64,000 nucleotides of DNA from Naegleria gruberi (taxonomy: Eukaryota), in NCBI GenBank assembly GCA_000004985.1, contig GG738850.1. One strand, written 5' to 3'. Both the position numbers and the translations under genes were made by a program. Of this stretch, positions 33,509-46,000 are shown in pieces. Position 1 is the first letter of the stretch; the number at the start of each line of letters is the position of its first letter. The notes under the pieces were generated by a model. That model made no database searches, had not been told where the DNA came from, and saw only the letters and a list, made by a program, of their open reading frames with translations.

Positions 33509-34624
33509 ATGCATCCACATACAATGACTCTTATTAGTAACATGGTGAGGAATCAACAATACGAAGATGAGGACAGTGTCAATCAAAGTGTTGTTATTTT
33601 GGAGAGTTGGTGCTCCGTGGGACAGAGAAGAGAAGGTGTTGAGAGAGGAGCTTTTCATTTACTTGACACACAACAATTAAATCACTTGCCGATCATTAGA
33701 ATCGATCAGGAGAATAGTAGTAGCACAACAAGTAGTCCAGACAGTGCTTTGTGCAATAGAGCAATTGTTGCGGAAGAGGAGATTTGTCATAATCAGAGGA
33801 GGGTTGCTTCTTTCAATCAACAAATTGCTCAAACAATTGATAATTTATTTAACACAACGAGTGAGAAGAAACCTTTTATTGTAAATATTGGTGGAGATCA
33901 TTCAGTTGCCATTGGTTCAATTTATGCAATGATGAAGCAATATCCAGATTTGAGAGTATTGTGGGTGGATGCACATGCAGACATTAATACACCAAAAGGT
34001 TTGTTTTCAACTCTTTTTACGATATTAATTTGAATACTTCCTGAATTCTATTGAATATGTAAAACATGATAATTTCACATAGGTTCAATGAGTAAGAACA
34101 TGCATGGAATGCCACTTGCTTTTCTCTGTGGAGAATCAATTTTAGGTCAAGAAAGAAAATCACTTGTTGGTTTTGAATGGATGAATGAAGAGATTAGTCT
34201 TGATGTTTCTTCTCGGTTAGCCTATCTTGGTCTTCGAGATGTTGATGATTTTGAACATGGAATCTTGGAAAAATTCAATATCAAACATTTCACAGCAAGC
34301 CAAATTCATCAATTTGGAATTGGTAATTGCTTGGAAGAATGTTTTACTCATTTGAATTTGAAAAACAGTCAACTTCCTTTATTTTTGAGTTTTGACGTGG
34401 ATGGCATAGATCCAGAATTCACACCTAGCACTGGAACTGCAGTGGAGAATGGAATTTCACATCAAGATGGAATAATGATTTGTAAAAAGTGTGGAGAATA
34501 TTCTAATTTTGTAGGAATGGATTTGGTTGAGGTAAATCCATCGATTGGTGATGAAGAACAAGTGGAAAAGACAATACTAAATTCCATGCATTACATTACA
34601 ACTGCAGTTGAACGAAGATTATAG
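33509..34624 (+). CDS. Arginase (ureohydrolase family) with two exons, 33509-33998 and 34083-34624, separated by an 84-bp GTTTGT...CATAG intron. About 343 aa.
   Basis: Mn-binding motifs present: GGDHSVAIGS, VWVDAHADINTP, and SFDVDGIDPEFTPSTGT. The splice junction joins DAHADINTPKG to SMSKNMHGMPLAFL, which matches the arginase GNLHGQPVSFL block. TAG stop. Confidence 0.8.
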
Positions 34625-34914
34625 GTATTTCATGACAGTTGTCATGTGTTAATCTTTATAGACTTGGAAGCATTGTTCACACTTTTTGTAAGGTTGTATA
34701 AATTGATAGCCTCCTTTGCCTCTAGTGGAGGTCAAAGAGTCCGTAACTCCTATTGTAGAATTTCCTATCACGAGTACCAAGTTCCTTACTATGATGTTCC
34801 AAGTTATTAAGAAATTTTCTTTTAAAACACAAAATTTTCAATTTTTTACAAATTTTCAAAAAAAAATCCTTAAACCATCTCAATACACAGCTCAATTCAA
34901 ACTCTTATTACAAA

Positions 34915-36406
34915 ATGATCGTCATTAGGAAACAAATGATTGATAAGGTAACCTACAGAAGGGAATATAAAGATCGATATATTCCCTTAATTGAATATTA
35001 TCGTAAGAAATATCATTTAAAGATTGAAGAGAATTGTTCCTTGCCTTCCTCCTTTGTGGCTTCAGAGAATGAGAAGAATATTGCTAAAGTTTTCATTAGA
35101 AAGAGACCTATGTTTGAGAATGAGTTTTCGAATAGACAATTTGATGTTGTAACATGCAAGAATGATGGAATTATTCTTTCATGAATGCAAGATTCATACA
35201 TTATTCAGACCTGAACTTTCTTATATTGAATCGGTCAATTTTTCCCTTCCATTGGGAAGTTTTCAATGAAGAGACAACAACTCACGACTTGTCCGAATCT
35301 TCAGTCAAATCTATTCTTTATAATCATGTTCTTTCATTGGAAAGTTTGGAACTGTTTTTTGCTTTGGACAAACTGGAAGTGGCAAAACATTTACAATGAG
35401 TGGAATGATCAACTTGTTTTCTGAGGATTTGTTTACACAATTACCTTCTTCCAAGAGAGTGACCATGACATATGTCGAGCTAATTGGTGAGTCAGTTTAT
35501 GATTTATTGAATGAACATAAGGAAGTGGAGGTGAGAGATGGTGGAGAGGGAGAATTTGTATTGTGTGAAAATGTTTGGGTTGATATTAAGGACAGTACAG
35601 AGTTGCAACGAAATTATCATTTGGCGGGAAGTTTGAGAGAAACTCATGCAACAAGAGTCAATTCAAACTCTTCACGTTCCCATTACATTTGTAGATTGTC
35701 AATTCTGGATCAAGACAATTCAGAATTTGCAAGATTGACATTTTGTGATTTGGCAGGTTCAGAAAGAAATATCGATTCTTTCTATCACAATTCAGAAAGA
35801 TTGAAGGAATCAGCAGCGATCAATTCCTCTCTGATGGCTCTCAAAGATGTCATGAGGGCACTTGTTCTCAAGAAACAAGGAACCAATGTCAGAATTCCTT
35901 ACAGAGCTAGTAAACTCACCAGAATTCTAAAAGATGGATTTGAAACATTGGAAAAACCAACTCAAACAATTCTAATTTCAACAATTTCTCCACAAGCTTG
36001 TGATGCAGAGCATACAATGAATACTTTGAAACATGTTTGTGCTATTGGAAATCATTCGTATCATGCTGAAAATGGGAAATTAATTTTCAGAGAAGTGATT
36101 TCAGAACCAAAGTTAGCACATTACAAAATTGAAGATCAATTAAAACCACTTACAAAAATGGATAGATCAGAAACCTTGGAATGGCTCAGTAAGGTTAGAG
36201 GTGGAATTTTAAAATCTGATTTGAAAAAGTTTCCAAGCAATATGGATGGGAAAATGTTAACTAAACAAGCAGAAAAAAGATTACAACAATTATTAGAAAG
36301 TGAAATATTGGGAAGTCAATTGAGACAAGAAATTATTGATTATACAAATAAGTGTAATCAGCAAAAGGTGGAACACATTGAAACTATTAAAAGAATAAAC
36401 AAATAA
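34915..36406 (+). CDS. Kinesin motor-domain protein. The 5' part (34915-35400) is broken by three apparent 1-nt frameshifts at T-runs (~35180, ~35248, ~35350). The 3' part (35396-36406) is intact. It is either a pseudogene or an indel artefact.
   Basis: Kinesin motifs appear across three frames: KVFIRKRPMFENEF, then HECKIHTLFRPELSYIESVNF, then FPFHWEVFNEETTTHDL, then GKFGTVFCFGQTGSGKTFTM (P-loop), NSNSSRSH (switch I) and FCDLAGSERN (switch II). Shift sites are ATTATTCTTTCATGA, AATTTTTCCC and GTTCTTTCATTGG. There is no room for GT-AG introns. Confidence 0.6.
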
Positions 36407-36582
36407 AAGTGCTCACAAGGAAAAGTTCTCTAAATTTCCATGTAAATATGAAGAAAATGAATTAGTTTGATGTTAAAATGAAATTAATTATTGAACTAGA
36501 TTTATTTTACACATATATTGATATTGCTGAACTCGAATTAAAGTGGAAATATACCACCATTTTTGTAATATTTCACTGTCTA

Positions 36583-37404
36583 TTAACAATTACAAATACT
36601 CCATTGATTTCCTGGTGTAACAGGAGGTTTTGTAATATCAATTGGTCTAGGTTGTGGTGGAACAATATCAGGAGGATTGACAATATTTTTTGGAGGAGTC
36701 TTTGAGTGAATTTCGTTCATAATCGTATTAAATGCCAGTTCAACATTATGTGCATTGAGTGCTGAAGTTTCCATATAAGCACTTCCAATAGATTTGGCAT
36801 ATTCTGTTGCTTCTTCAATTGAAACTTGTCTCAAATGATTCAAATCACACTTATTTCCTACGAGTACCTTTTTACACTCTTGATCTCCATATTTGATTAA
36901 TTGATTTGCCCATTTACCAGCATTGTCGAAACTTTCCTTATTTGTAATATCAAAGACAACCATACAACCTTGAGCTCCACGATACATTGCAGGCATTACA
37001 GCTTGATACTTTTCCTGTCCAGCACTTTAAGTATTTTACAATTTTTGTAAATATATTAAATATTAAATAATTGAAACTCTTACTTACGTATCCCAAATTT
37101 GAGCATGTACAGTATTTCCCTTAATTTGAATTTCCTTTGAAGCAAAATCAACTCCAATTGTTGGTTTAGTATTCAAATTAAACTTGTTATGAGCAGCTCG
37201 AACAATCAATGATGATTTTCCAACTCCTGAATCTCCAATCACAATAACTATTTTATATTACATTAACGAAATATCATCACGTGGTCGTGATTATTAAACA
37301 ATTCCGATCAAAATTATTAAATATTATATAAATATTAAATAGTATTATAACTTACGCTTGTAGGAATATCTAATTTCCTCTTCAACATTTCCCGATGACG
37401 ACAT
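36583..37404 (-). CDS. Rab-family small GTPase with three exons, 37404-37356, 37247-37088 and 37024-36583, and introns of 108 and 63 bp. About 216 aa.
   Basis: Spliced product reads [79 protein letters not shown].... It has GNKCDL and ETSA motifs and a C-terminal CNC prenylation motif. Donors are GTAAGT x2, and acceptors are AAATAG and TTAAAG. Confidence 0.8.
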
Positions 37405-38692
37405 TCTTAATTATTATTAGTATTTATAAATTAGTATGAATTGTTAGCAGTGTAGCAATTCGCTTTGTTTTTTTTAACTTTGTTATCTGGTTGAACTCTG
37501 AATTTCCCGCCTTTTTAAAAAATCATAAATTTACGCTACAACGTCTATTTCAAAGATATTTATAGATTTGCCACGTTGTTTTCAACGGCAACAGAAAATA
37601 ATGGAAATTGCACAACATGAAGAGAGAACACAATAAATAATTATGTTGTTGAGCTTTTTCAAATAGGAAGTTTTAGGTTGTTGTGTTACAATACAAATCA
37701 GAGTTAACTCTTTATCGAGATTACAAAGTTGAAACTCTGTTTCTCAATTAAACTTTTGGTAAAGAAGTAAACAACTGTAAATTCCTTGACAATCTATCAT
37801 TCTAAATAAATTGAAAAGTTGTGGACTATATCGAAACCATATTGACAAATGACTTGTTGTTAATTACATCTTGGTGAAGAGTGATTCCAATCCAACATTC
37901 AAGAATCAAAAGGTAAAATAGAATTCTTATTGATTGAATTGACTCGTTGATTATTTTTGGTTCTTTCTTTGTGTTACAACTTATATACTGAGATAGTTAG
38001 GAAAGAAAGGATTCGTTCAGGGTCGTATTTAGTGACAAATAAAATCTCTCATGGTTACAACAGAATTATTAAAAATTCCCATTTAGTTAGTTATTTATTA
38101 TTCTGTCTTCACATTCTAATCCTTTCCAATAACTTCAATATTCACAATTATACAACAAACAACAATACAACCAAACTGAAACTTACTTTGAAACCCACAA
38201 TTGAGTAAATAACATCAGAACTCAATTACGAATCGTATTTCTTTAAAAGTACTGACTTACTTGCGACGTCAGCCCTTAAATTCTTAACCACCAAATCAAA
38301 TTAATTGTGGCCTCTCGGAAATAATCACACGGAAAGAAAAAGAATTTCTCTTTGGAATGTTTGTGCTGGAAGGAGTTTGTGATAGACGAAATAAATACGA
38401 AACCAGACGAATGGCAAAATCATCAGTGATGAAGAGGCAGAGACGCATAAATTGACACAATTAACCACAAAAAATTGCAGTAACAAGAAACCTTGCACGT
38501 TTGTTAAAAGCAAATATCAAAACTAAACTCTTAAAACGTCTGTTAGATATTTTGCTATTCTCGCTCTAAATTTTAAATCACCATTCTAGAAGGCAATCAA
38601 TTCAAGAAAAAAAAAACACAATCAACACTATCATCGTTACTTTACTTTCTTGCAAATATTTCCATTTTAGCTCCTTTCGAATAAATAACACA

Positions 38693-40537
38693 ATGGGTTA
38701 CGAAGAATTAATTCAACAGAAACGAATTGAATCCTGTCTAAAGAAACTAAAGGCAGGTTTCACATGTCTCAAACACGGAAGATATGGTAGTCCTCATCAA
38801 AGAACAGTCTACGTCAATTCCACAGTTGACAAAGTCATGTGGAAAGACGAAAAAGATAAAAAATCAAGCGAACCACTTTCGTCTTTTGTTAAAATGCAGA
38901 AAGGAACCGATACTCCTGTATTTAAACGAAAGAAAGACGTGAAAGAAGAGTTGTGTTTTTCATTGGTTGGTGATGATCGAACTCTTGATTTGGAATTTAC
39001 AAAAAGTGAAGATCGTGATTTTTGGTATGATGTTTTTCAATCCATTTTGAGATATTTCAGACAAAAGACACATGGATTGACAAGTATGGAAAAGGAAGCA
39101 GAGAAGGATTTGCAAGTTTTGGCAAAAAGATGGAATTTTGATATTGAATCGAATAATTGGAAGTTTAGTAAATTTTTGACAAAGGGTACAGTTTTTGAAG
39201 AGAGTGATTACATTACTTTGGGAAGAGCATTGAGTGGGAATAATAGTTTGGAAACACTAGAGTTGACTGAACTCAAGATGGTTGATTCATTGTTTATGAA
39301 GGCATTTGGTTCATTGAAGAGTTCACTAAGAGGATTGACATCACTCATTCTGTCAAATAATGATCTGTCAGATGAAGCTGCTTCAGCTATTGCTTTAATG
39401 GTGAAAGATTGTAAAAAGCTGACACTATTGGACTTGTCTCGTAATGTTATTACAGATCAAGGATTTGAAGATATTGCTCATGCCATTGAATCAAATCCAA
39501 GTTTGAAAACAATCATTTTTGATGATAATCAAGTTTCAGATGCTGGTGCTTTGGTCGTGTGTGAATGTATTCCTCATTCCAAATTGGAAAAATTAACACT
39601 CAATGATAATAACATTTCCAATGAAGGAGCAAAACAGTTAGCTATCCTATTGAAGAAGAAACAACCTTTGAAACATTTGGAATTGGCAAGAAATTCAATT
39701 CAATTCCCAGAACCAGGAGATGATGATGAAAGTTTAGAATTGGCTGCAAGCTTATTGGAAGCAGTCGATACTGATAATTATGCATCTCTACTATTGACAA
39801 GTTTGGAAGGTGCTGACCCTAATTGTCAAAGTGAAGAAGATGGAAAGTCACCACTCCACGTTGCATCAATCAGAGGAGATCGATTAATGTTGGATTATCT
39901 TATCGAACATCCGTACATTGACATTAATACTCAAGATGACCACAAGAAGACTCCACTCTACTATGCTATGTTTTTAAAGCAATTTGAAATTGCCAAATTA
40001 TTGTTGGATAAGGGAGCTGATTTTAAGATTCCAGACGAGAATAATAGAACAATTCTTCACATTGCTGCAGAGTTGGGTTGTAAGGCAATTTGTAAAGATT
40101 TGTTGGACAAGTTTGGAGATGATTGGAAAGCACTCACCAATGACAAGATGACTCCACTCCACTTTGCCTGTAAATATTCGCAGAAAGATGTGGCTTCACT
40201 CTTATTGGAAAGGGATTTGAAAGAAATGGAAAAATCGAGAAAGGACATTGCTCAAGATGATAATTCATCACCTCCGTCCACTTCCAGTACTCAAACTATT
40301 AGTAGTGAATTACTCTATACCAATTGTCAAGATACTTTGGGAAGAACTGCTCTTCACTATGTTCTGATGGCTCAGGAACCAGATGTTGAACTTGCCAAAA
40401 TGTTAGTGAGATTTGGTTCAGATATTTCTATAATTGACAATGTTGGAAGAACTCCTCTCCACAATATTCCAGAAAACTTGAAGCAAATATTATTAAGTGA
40501 AACTCGTCACTTTATGGCTAGAAAGTTTTCCATTTAA
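38693..40537 (+). CDS. Protein with a PH-like N-terminus, RNI-type leucine-rich repeats, and an ankyrin-repeat C-terminus (614 aa), single exon.
   Basis: RNI-like LRRs: LTSLILSNNDLSDEAASAIALMV, LTLLDLSRNVITDQGFEDIAHAI, and KLTLNDNNISNEGAKQLAILL. Ankyrin repeats: GKSPLHVASIRGDRLMLDYLIEH, KKTPLYYAMFLKQFEIAKLLLDKGAD, RTILHIAAELG, and MTPLHFACKYSQKDVASLLLE. Confidence 0.65.
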   Translation: MGYEELIQQKRIESCLKKLKAGFTCLKHGRYGSPHQRTVYVNSTVDKVMWKDEKDKKSSEPLSSFVKMQKGTDTPVFKRKKDVKEELCFSLVGDDRTLDLEFTKSEDRDFWYDVFQSILRYFRQKTHGLTSMEKEAEKDLQVLAKRWNFDIESNNWKFSKFLTKGTVFEESDYITLGRALSGNNSLETLELTELKMVDSLFMKAFGSLKSSLRGLTSLILSNNDLSDEAASAIALMVKDCKKLTLLDLSRNVITDQGFEDIAHAIESNPSLKTIIFDDNQVSDAGALVVCECIPHSKLEKLTLNDNNISNEGAKQLAILLKKKQPLKHLELARNSIQFPEPGDDDESLELAASLLEAVDTDNYASLLLTSLEGADPNCQSEEDGKSPLHVASIRGDRLMLDYLIEHPYIDINTQDDHKKTPLYYAMFLKQFEIAKLLLDKGADFKIPDENNRTILHIAAELGCKAICKDLLDKFGDDWKALTNDKMTPLHFACKYSQKDVASLLLERDLKEMEKSRKDIAQDDNSSPPSTSSTQTISSELLYTNCQDTLGRTALHYVLMAQEPDVELAKMLVRFGSDISIIDNVGRTPLHNIPENLKQILLSETRHFMARKFSI

Positions 40538-40563
40538 TTTTGTTGTACCATAAACAATTCGAA

Positions 40564-42591
40564 TTATAAATAATTAAAGGCGAAAATAGCTTCTTCTGTA
40601 ATGCTTGCTGTGCTAGCATTTCTTGACACTACTCTGACTAGATAACTATCTTGATTTGAAATTGGTTTTGGAGGTACTCTGAATCCGATTGCGTTTGTTG
40701 AGATTACTCCTCCACTTGAAGCAAGCTCAATTCCATTAAACAAAACACTGAATGACATTGAGCTGGTAAGATTATTGTTTGGTGTTTGAATACAAACAAA
40801 TGTTCCTTCAACTCCTTGGTTTGGAACTAGACCACTGAAATGAACAGGAATAGATTGAGACGGGGATTCAGCTCCACTTCTCTCCAACAAGTCGATCAAT
40901 GTTTGAGATTTGATTTCGAATTCCTTCTGAAGGTATATTTGCTGTTCCATATATTTGGAAAATTCATTTCTCATTTCCACCAAAGATTGAATCAAATTAC
41001 TCTTTTCATTGTTGGTCTTCTTTGCCTCTGTTGGATGAATAAATGAAGAGTATGTTGTCGAAGTTGGTGTAATTGTAGTATTGAAACAAGTCCACCCTAT
41101 TTTTGATTGAGGAGTGGGAGGTGGAGATTCATCCACGATAGAGCTTGTTACAACACTCGCACAATCAGAACCTTCCAGTTCGTTTCTTCCTCTCTTTGAA
41201 CCTTTAAGGCAAATCTCTTGTCTCGTTGCACAGGAGAATTGTGTAGTTTCTGACCATGCCACAATAGATTTACCATTGTTTGATGTTTTGAATTTGATAA
41301 TCTTTTTAGAAAAGTCCTTATTCTTCACCATAAATTTGGTTGTCAATGCTATACCCAATCTGAATTTTGATTTTTGAGGTTTCTTCTCTCCCTTCTCCAA
41401 CTTTCCCAGTTCTTCATCAATGGAGTATGTGTAAATATCTGGTCTGAGTTTGAAAATACTATGTTTTAACAAACAGTACTGATCAGAATGGTTATGTTCC
41501 ATGAAAGAATCACATGAGATTCCATCTTCTCCTCTAACATACACATTCAAATACAATTCCTTCATGCCTGAATTGAAACATTGGTCCATCAATTTTTTAG
41601 AGAGTTTGACTGAAATTGGAGAGGGTAGTTTCTTAGTGCCTTTTTTAATTAGGGAATCTGAACGGCCAGCAAGTGAGCCTATAATATATTTGGAGGAGGA
41701 AGAGAAATCTTCCTTCATTGAAATGCTAACATTGGGAATCTTGAAGGGAGCAAGTGATATTTGGTCAATTAGTGAATTGCAATTGCAAATCAGTTGAAAG
41801 TTAATAGTAAAATGTGAGTACATAGATAACTCCATATCAGAGGGGAGTATGGAACCTCTTGGATGAAATTCAATGTTGATAACACCTCCTTCTCGAACAG
41901 GTGATGTTACATGTTTCTGTAATAACTCTTCAAAGCTCATGTCTTGGTTGAGTGGCCCCTCATTGAAAGTAATGACATCAAATTTACCATCCACCTTAAA
42001 AGCAGCAATATGACAACTCAGAGAAATTTGGTTGTTTTCCTCTAAGAGTTTGAGAAGGACATTGCAATTTTGAATGGTAATTATGAATAAAGGCAATCTA
42101 GGATAAATAATCTTGAACTTGTCCGAGGAAAGAGCAAACATGCCATTGGCAGGCAGATCTTTAGCAATACTAAAGAATGGATGTTGTTGGTCATAACATG
42201 TTGGTTGGAAGGCTGTAGATGTGGTTTGCATACATGTGTTAGATGCACTTCCAGATGTCACATCAAAATTTGAAATAAATGACGAAAGGATATCAGAAGT
42301 ATTTTGAATATTCGAATGTAGGATATGTGTTGAGATTCCATCGAGTGTATCTGATCCAAGTAAAGCACATGTACCATCCGAAACATTCAATTCAAACTGC
42401 TGGTTACATGTATCCATGTTATTACGATGATGGCTATCAGATGCAGAAAGATACTTGTGTGATGATGACGAATCATCTGTGGACACGATATTGTTCCTAT
42501 TATTTCTCTGCAGACCTGACATTTCTAATGGGGTCTTTTTTTGTGACGTAATTTTGAAGACAGAAGAAATATCCACGGAAGGGTCAAACAA
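40564..42591 (-). CDS. Hypothetical 675-aa protein with a coiled-coil segment and a C-terminal IPT/TIG-like Ig-fold domain (tentative).
   Basis: Intact ORF. The C-terminal FSGLVPNQGVEGTFVCIQTPNN...VLFNGIELASSGGVISTNAIGFRVPPKP resembles TIG domains. The segment LVEMRNEFSKYMEQQIYLQKEFEIKSQTLIDLLERS looks like a coiled coil. Confidence 0.4.
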   Translation of the reverse strand: MFDPSVDISSVFKITSQKKTPLEMSGLQRNNRNNIVSTDDSSSSHKYLSASDSHHRNNMDTCNQQFELNVSDGTCALLGSDTLDGISTHILHSNIQNTSDILSSFISNFDVTSGSASNTCMQTTSTAFQPTCYDQQHPFFSIAKDLPANGMFALSSDKFKIIYPRLPLFIITIQNCNVLLKLLEENNQISLSCHIAAFKVDGKFDVITFNEGPLNQDMSFEELLQKHVTSPVREGGVINIEFHPRGSILPSDMELSMYSHFTINFQLICNCNSLIDQISLAPFKIPNVSISMKEDFSSSSKYIIGSLAGRSDSLIKKGTKKLPSPISVKLSKKLMDQCFNSGMKELYLNVYVRGEDGISCDSFMEHNHSDQYCLLKHSIFKLRPDIYTYSIDEELGKLEKGEKKPQKSKFRLGIALTTKFMVKNKDFSKKIIKFKTSNNGKSIVAWSETTQFSCATRQEICLKGSKRGRNELEGSDCASVVTSSIVDESPPPTPQSKIGWTCFNTTITPTSTTYSSFIHPTEAKKTNNEKSNLIQSLVEMRNEFSKYMEQQIYLQKEFEIKSQTLIDLLERSGAESPSQSIPVHFSGLVPNQGVEGTFVCIQTPNNNLTSSMSFSVLFNGIELASSGGVISTNAIGFRVPPKPISNQDSYLVRVVSRNASTASITEEAIFAFNYL

Positions 42592-43036
42592 GGCTTGATG
42601 GTTCCAGTTGTGTTGTTGAAGTTATTGTTATTTGGACAACAACATGTTGTGTGAACCTCAGAGATGAGCCTTTCTTTTTCGATTCCGTATCATTTGAATC
42701 CTATTGACAGTAAGGGTATGATCGGAAGATTTGATAGTACTGGAGTAACTAACTCACTGAGCACTGACTCACTGAATTGCATGGTTTTGTTCTCTACATA
42801 TTTGTTTTTGCAAATCACTGATGCACCAGAACACAGATTCAAACAGGTGAAAGGCTTTGATGTAAGTTTTTTGTTCTTAGTGTAGACCCTACCTTAATAA
42901 TTTAGGATTTTTACAACGTTAAGTTTACTCAAAAATCTCGATTTCTTACTTTCCTATTTAAATGTCATGATAATAATTGTTGTAAAGACTGTGATCAAGA
43001 TTGGAATTGAAAATTACTTTATTTTCGAAAATAAAA

Positions 43037-46000
43037 ATGCATAAATCATCATCTACGCAATCCCTCTCATCTTCTTCATCAACACCATCTCCTCAAATGG
43101 TGGCCACCACTTCCTCTTCATCAAGATCGGAATCACCAAGAGGATCTGCAAGTAAATTACTGAGTCAAACATTGTACGATTTTAGTAGTGGAGTGGGTCT
43201 TCAATTGAAAAATCTTGTCATTACTTTGGATAAGAATAATTATCGTGGAAATGTTTCGGAAATTGAAAAGGTTTGTTTATAAATATTTGGAATAATTTTG
43301 GATTGATCATCTTTAATATAATTCGATAATTATTAATACCTAATTCAATAATAATTATTATTTTATTCTAATCATCAACAACATCAATCACAAATAATTT
43401 ATTTAATTGCGGAATTGAAATCACTGACCAGATTCTTAAACAATATGGATTTGAAGCTTATAGAACCTTTCTTACCATTCTGTTGACATCACTCAATTTC
43501 TACAACATTACCCAAAAAGACAAACCAAAACTTCAATTACTTAGTCAGGAGTTTGCTAAATTAACAACCCAGACAAACTTTTCTTCCATCATCTTGAAAG
43601 CCTTCTCCGAAGGTGTAACAGAGAATGGATTAAAAGTGGAATTTATTTCACAATTTTCCAGAACACTCAACCTTCCTCTTTCACAACAGGTCTTGTTGGG
43701 TATTGCCCTGGCTGAATCACATTCACCAAATGTTCAAAAAGAAGGTAAGTTTGTTCATCTAAACTGGCATTGTTAATATTATATTATATTTATAATATTA
43801 TAATTATTACTTCAATTTCATAATTTTCATCGAATGAACAACAGGTTTCATCTTCCTCAAGACAAAATTACAGGAAATGTTGGATGAAGGTCTTGTCAAC
43901 TTGCTTCCCGAAAATCTTGCCCACAAATTCCTCTTCCTTGTCAATACTAATGTCAACAATTTCAGCTCGGATGAGTTGGATCGTTTGAAGGATTACTTTT
44001 TGAGAGCAACCATTCCTTCACCAAATACTTCCTCCATCATTACTACTACCACCAACAATAATGGTAGCAGCAGAGGTTCCTCCGCCAACATTGTCTCCTC
44101 TCCTTCAATGGCCCATACCTCTGGTCAACATTCTATTAGTATTCTTCCACAAATTATTAAATCCTCCACAGCTATCAATTCTCTCAGGTAAGTAGTTGAT
44201 TTAGCTTCATGTTGTTAACATATGGTGTTATACTTCTTGACTACTTGTTCAATTTTATAATGTTGTTGTGATTTTGATGCTGATCAACAACAATATTGAT
44301 GACTATGATTCTTTTCTTCACTGTGCTGGCATTTTATTACCTTTACTTCCTTTGTGCTACCTCTAAAATTTTTTATTTTTAAAAATTACAAAAAAATTTT
44401 CCAAACAACACGCTCTATACAACCTTCCCTTCATCATCATAACAACAATACATCATTGTTATTTTGATTAAACATCCAAACAATTCTCTACAACAACAAC
44501 AATACTTTAAAAACTACCTAAATAATAACAATAATAATATGGCTCCTAAAAGAAACGAGACTCACATAAATACAACAAATCTGGCGGATAGCATTAGTCT
44601 GGGTAACTTCATCAAAGAGTTGGGCTATCCAACCATGTCTACAACGGATATATTCAACAAACTTACATTACAATTTCCTCACTTGACTGAGCAAGATGTG
44701 GGTGAATTAATTGGTATGATGGTAATGAATCATACAGGATTACAAGCAAGAACAGAAATTCCATCATTTATGCAATCTATTGGTATTGCAAAGTATGACT
44801 TTAAAGAAAATGTATCATCATGGAATTTAGATAATTTTGTTTCCGTGATGAAGAACAAGGACTTGAACTGGAAACAAGTAGTAGCCTGTTTAGATTACCC
44901 AAACTTTAAATTCAGAGATCAAAAAGGATTATCAATGGTTGTAACCTTATACAAAAAGTTAACAGGAGAAAAGCTCCCACTCGATGTTTTTGTTTGTAGA
45001 AAGTGGAACAATACTGAAGCACAATTATCTTTTATCCTTCTTGCCCTTGATGCACCTCCTGATATTATCGACTTTACATCAGACAAGCTTCGACATGTAG
45101 ATATTTCCTTCCTTCCTTCACACAAAAACCAAAACACAACCTGGGGTACAATTGATTTGATAGAAACTCTTATCAATTTGGCTGATAATGAAAATATTGT
45201 TGCCATTAGAAAAGTTTTTGAAGCACCAATCAAACAATGTCCTGAACAATTTTTACTTGCTTTGGCACAGTCAAAACCTACCAATGCTTTCTTACAACAA
45301 GAATTCATCTCTCAAATTGTACCAATCTTTGTCAAACCACACAAAAATTCTTTCCCTGTTCTTCACAAGTTGTGTGAAGTAAATCAATCTCTTCTCATTG
45401 CTTCACTCTCTGATTCTTACAGAAAGGATGCAACACAATTGAGAAGAATTTTAGATATTGCTCAAGAGTTGAAAATTCTTGATGCAATCCTTGAATCCAG
45501 ACCATTCCGTTTTGCTATTGAAATTGCTGTATTAGCATCAAAGAGAGATCACCTCAACTTGGAATTATGGTTATTAAATAACTTGGAGAGGTACACTAGT
45601 GAATTTGCTCAAGAGGTAATTTCATATTTAACAGACGGTATTACATCATGGAAAGAAAAGAATTCACAATCTTCTTTCACTGTTGATTCTGCTAAAATCA
45701 TTTTCAAATGTTTGGATAAGGCTAGATCTATCATTGTTAATGAAGTACTTGAACAAGCTTACCAAGTTTATCAAACACTTGATGATAGTATTAAGAAGGA
45801 AATTTCATCATCAGAATTCCAACTCTCACCAGAAGTTGAACAAAAAACCAATCAATTCTTCCTCTCCATGTTCCGTGCAGAGATTACAGTTGAAGCTGGT
45901 ATTGAAAAATTGAAAGATTTGAAACTTTCAAAGAGTAAGGCTGACCAAGAAATGTTTGCCTGTGTTATTCACAACTTATTTGATGAATATCGTTTCTTTA

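Noticed and set aside
34915-35400. Idea that TGA is a sense codon, or that Euplotes-style programmed +1 frameshifting explains the kinesin breaks
   Set aside because: Reading through the TGAs in the original frame gives sequence unrelated to kinesin. The second shift has no stop codon at the site. TGA clearly terminates gene B at 27224-27226. Simple 1-nt indels at T-runs explain all three.
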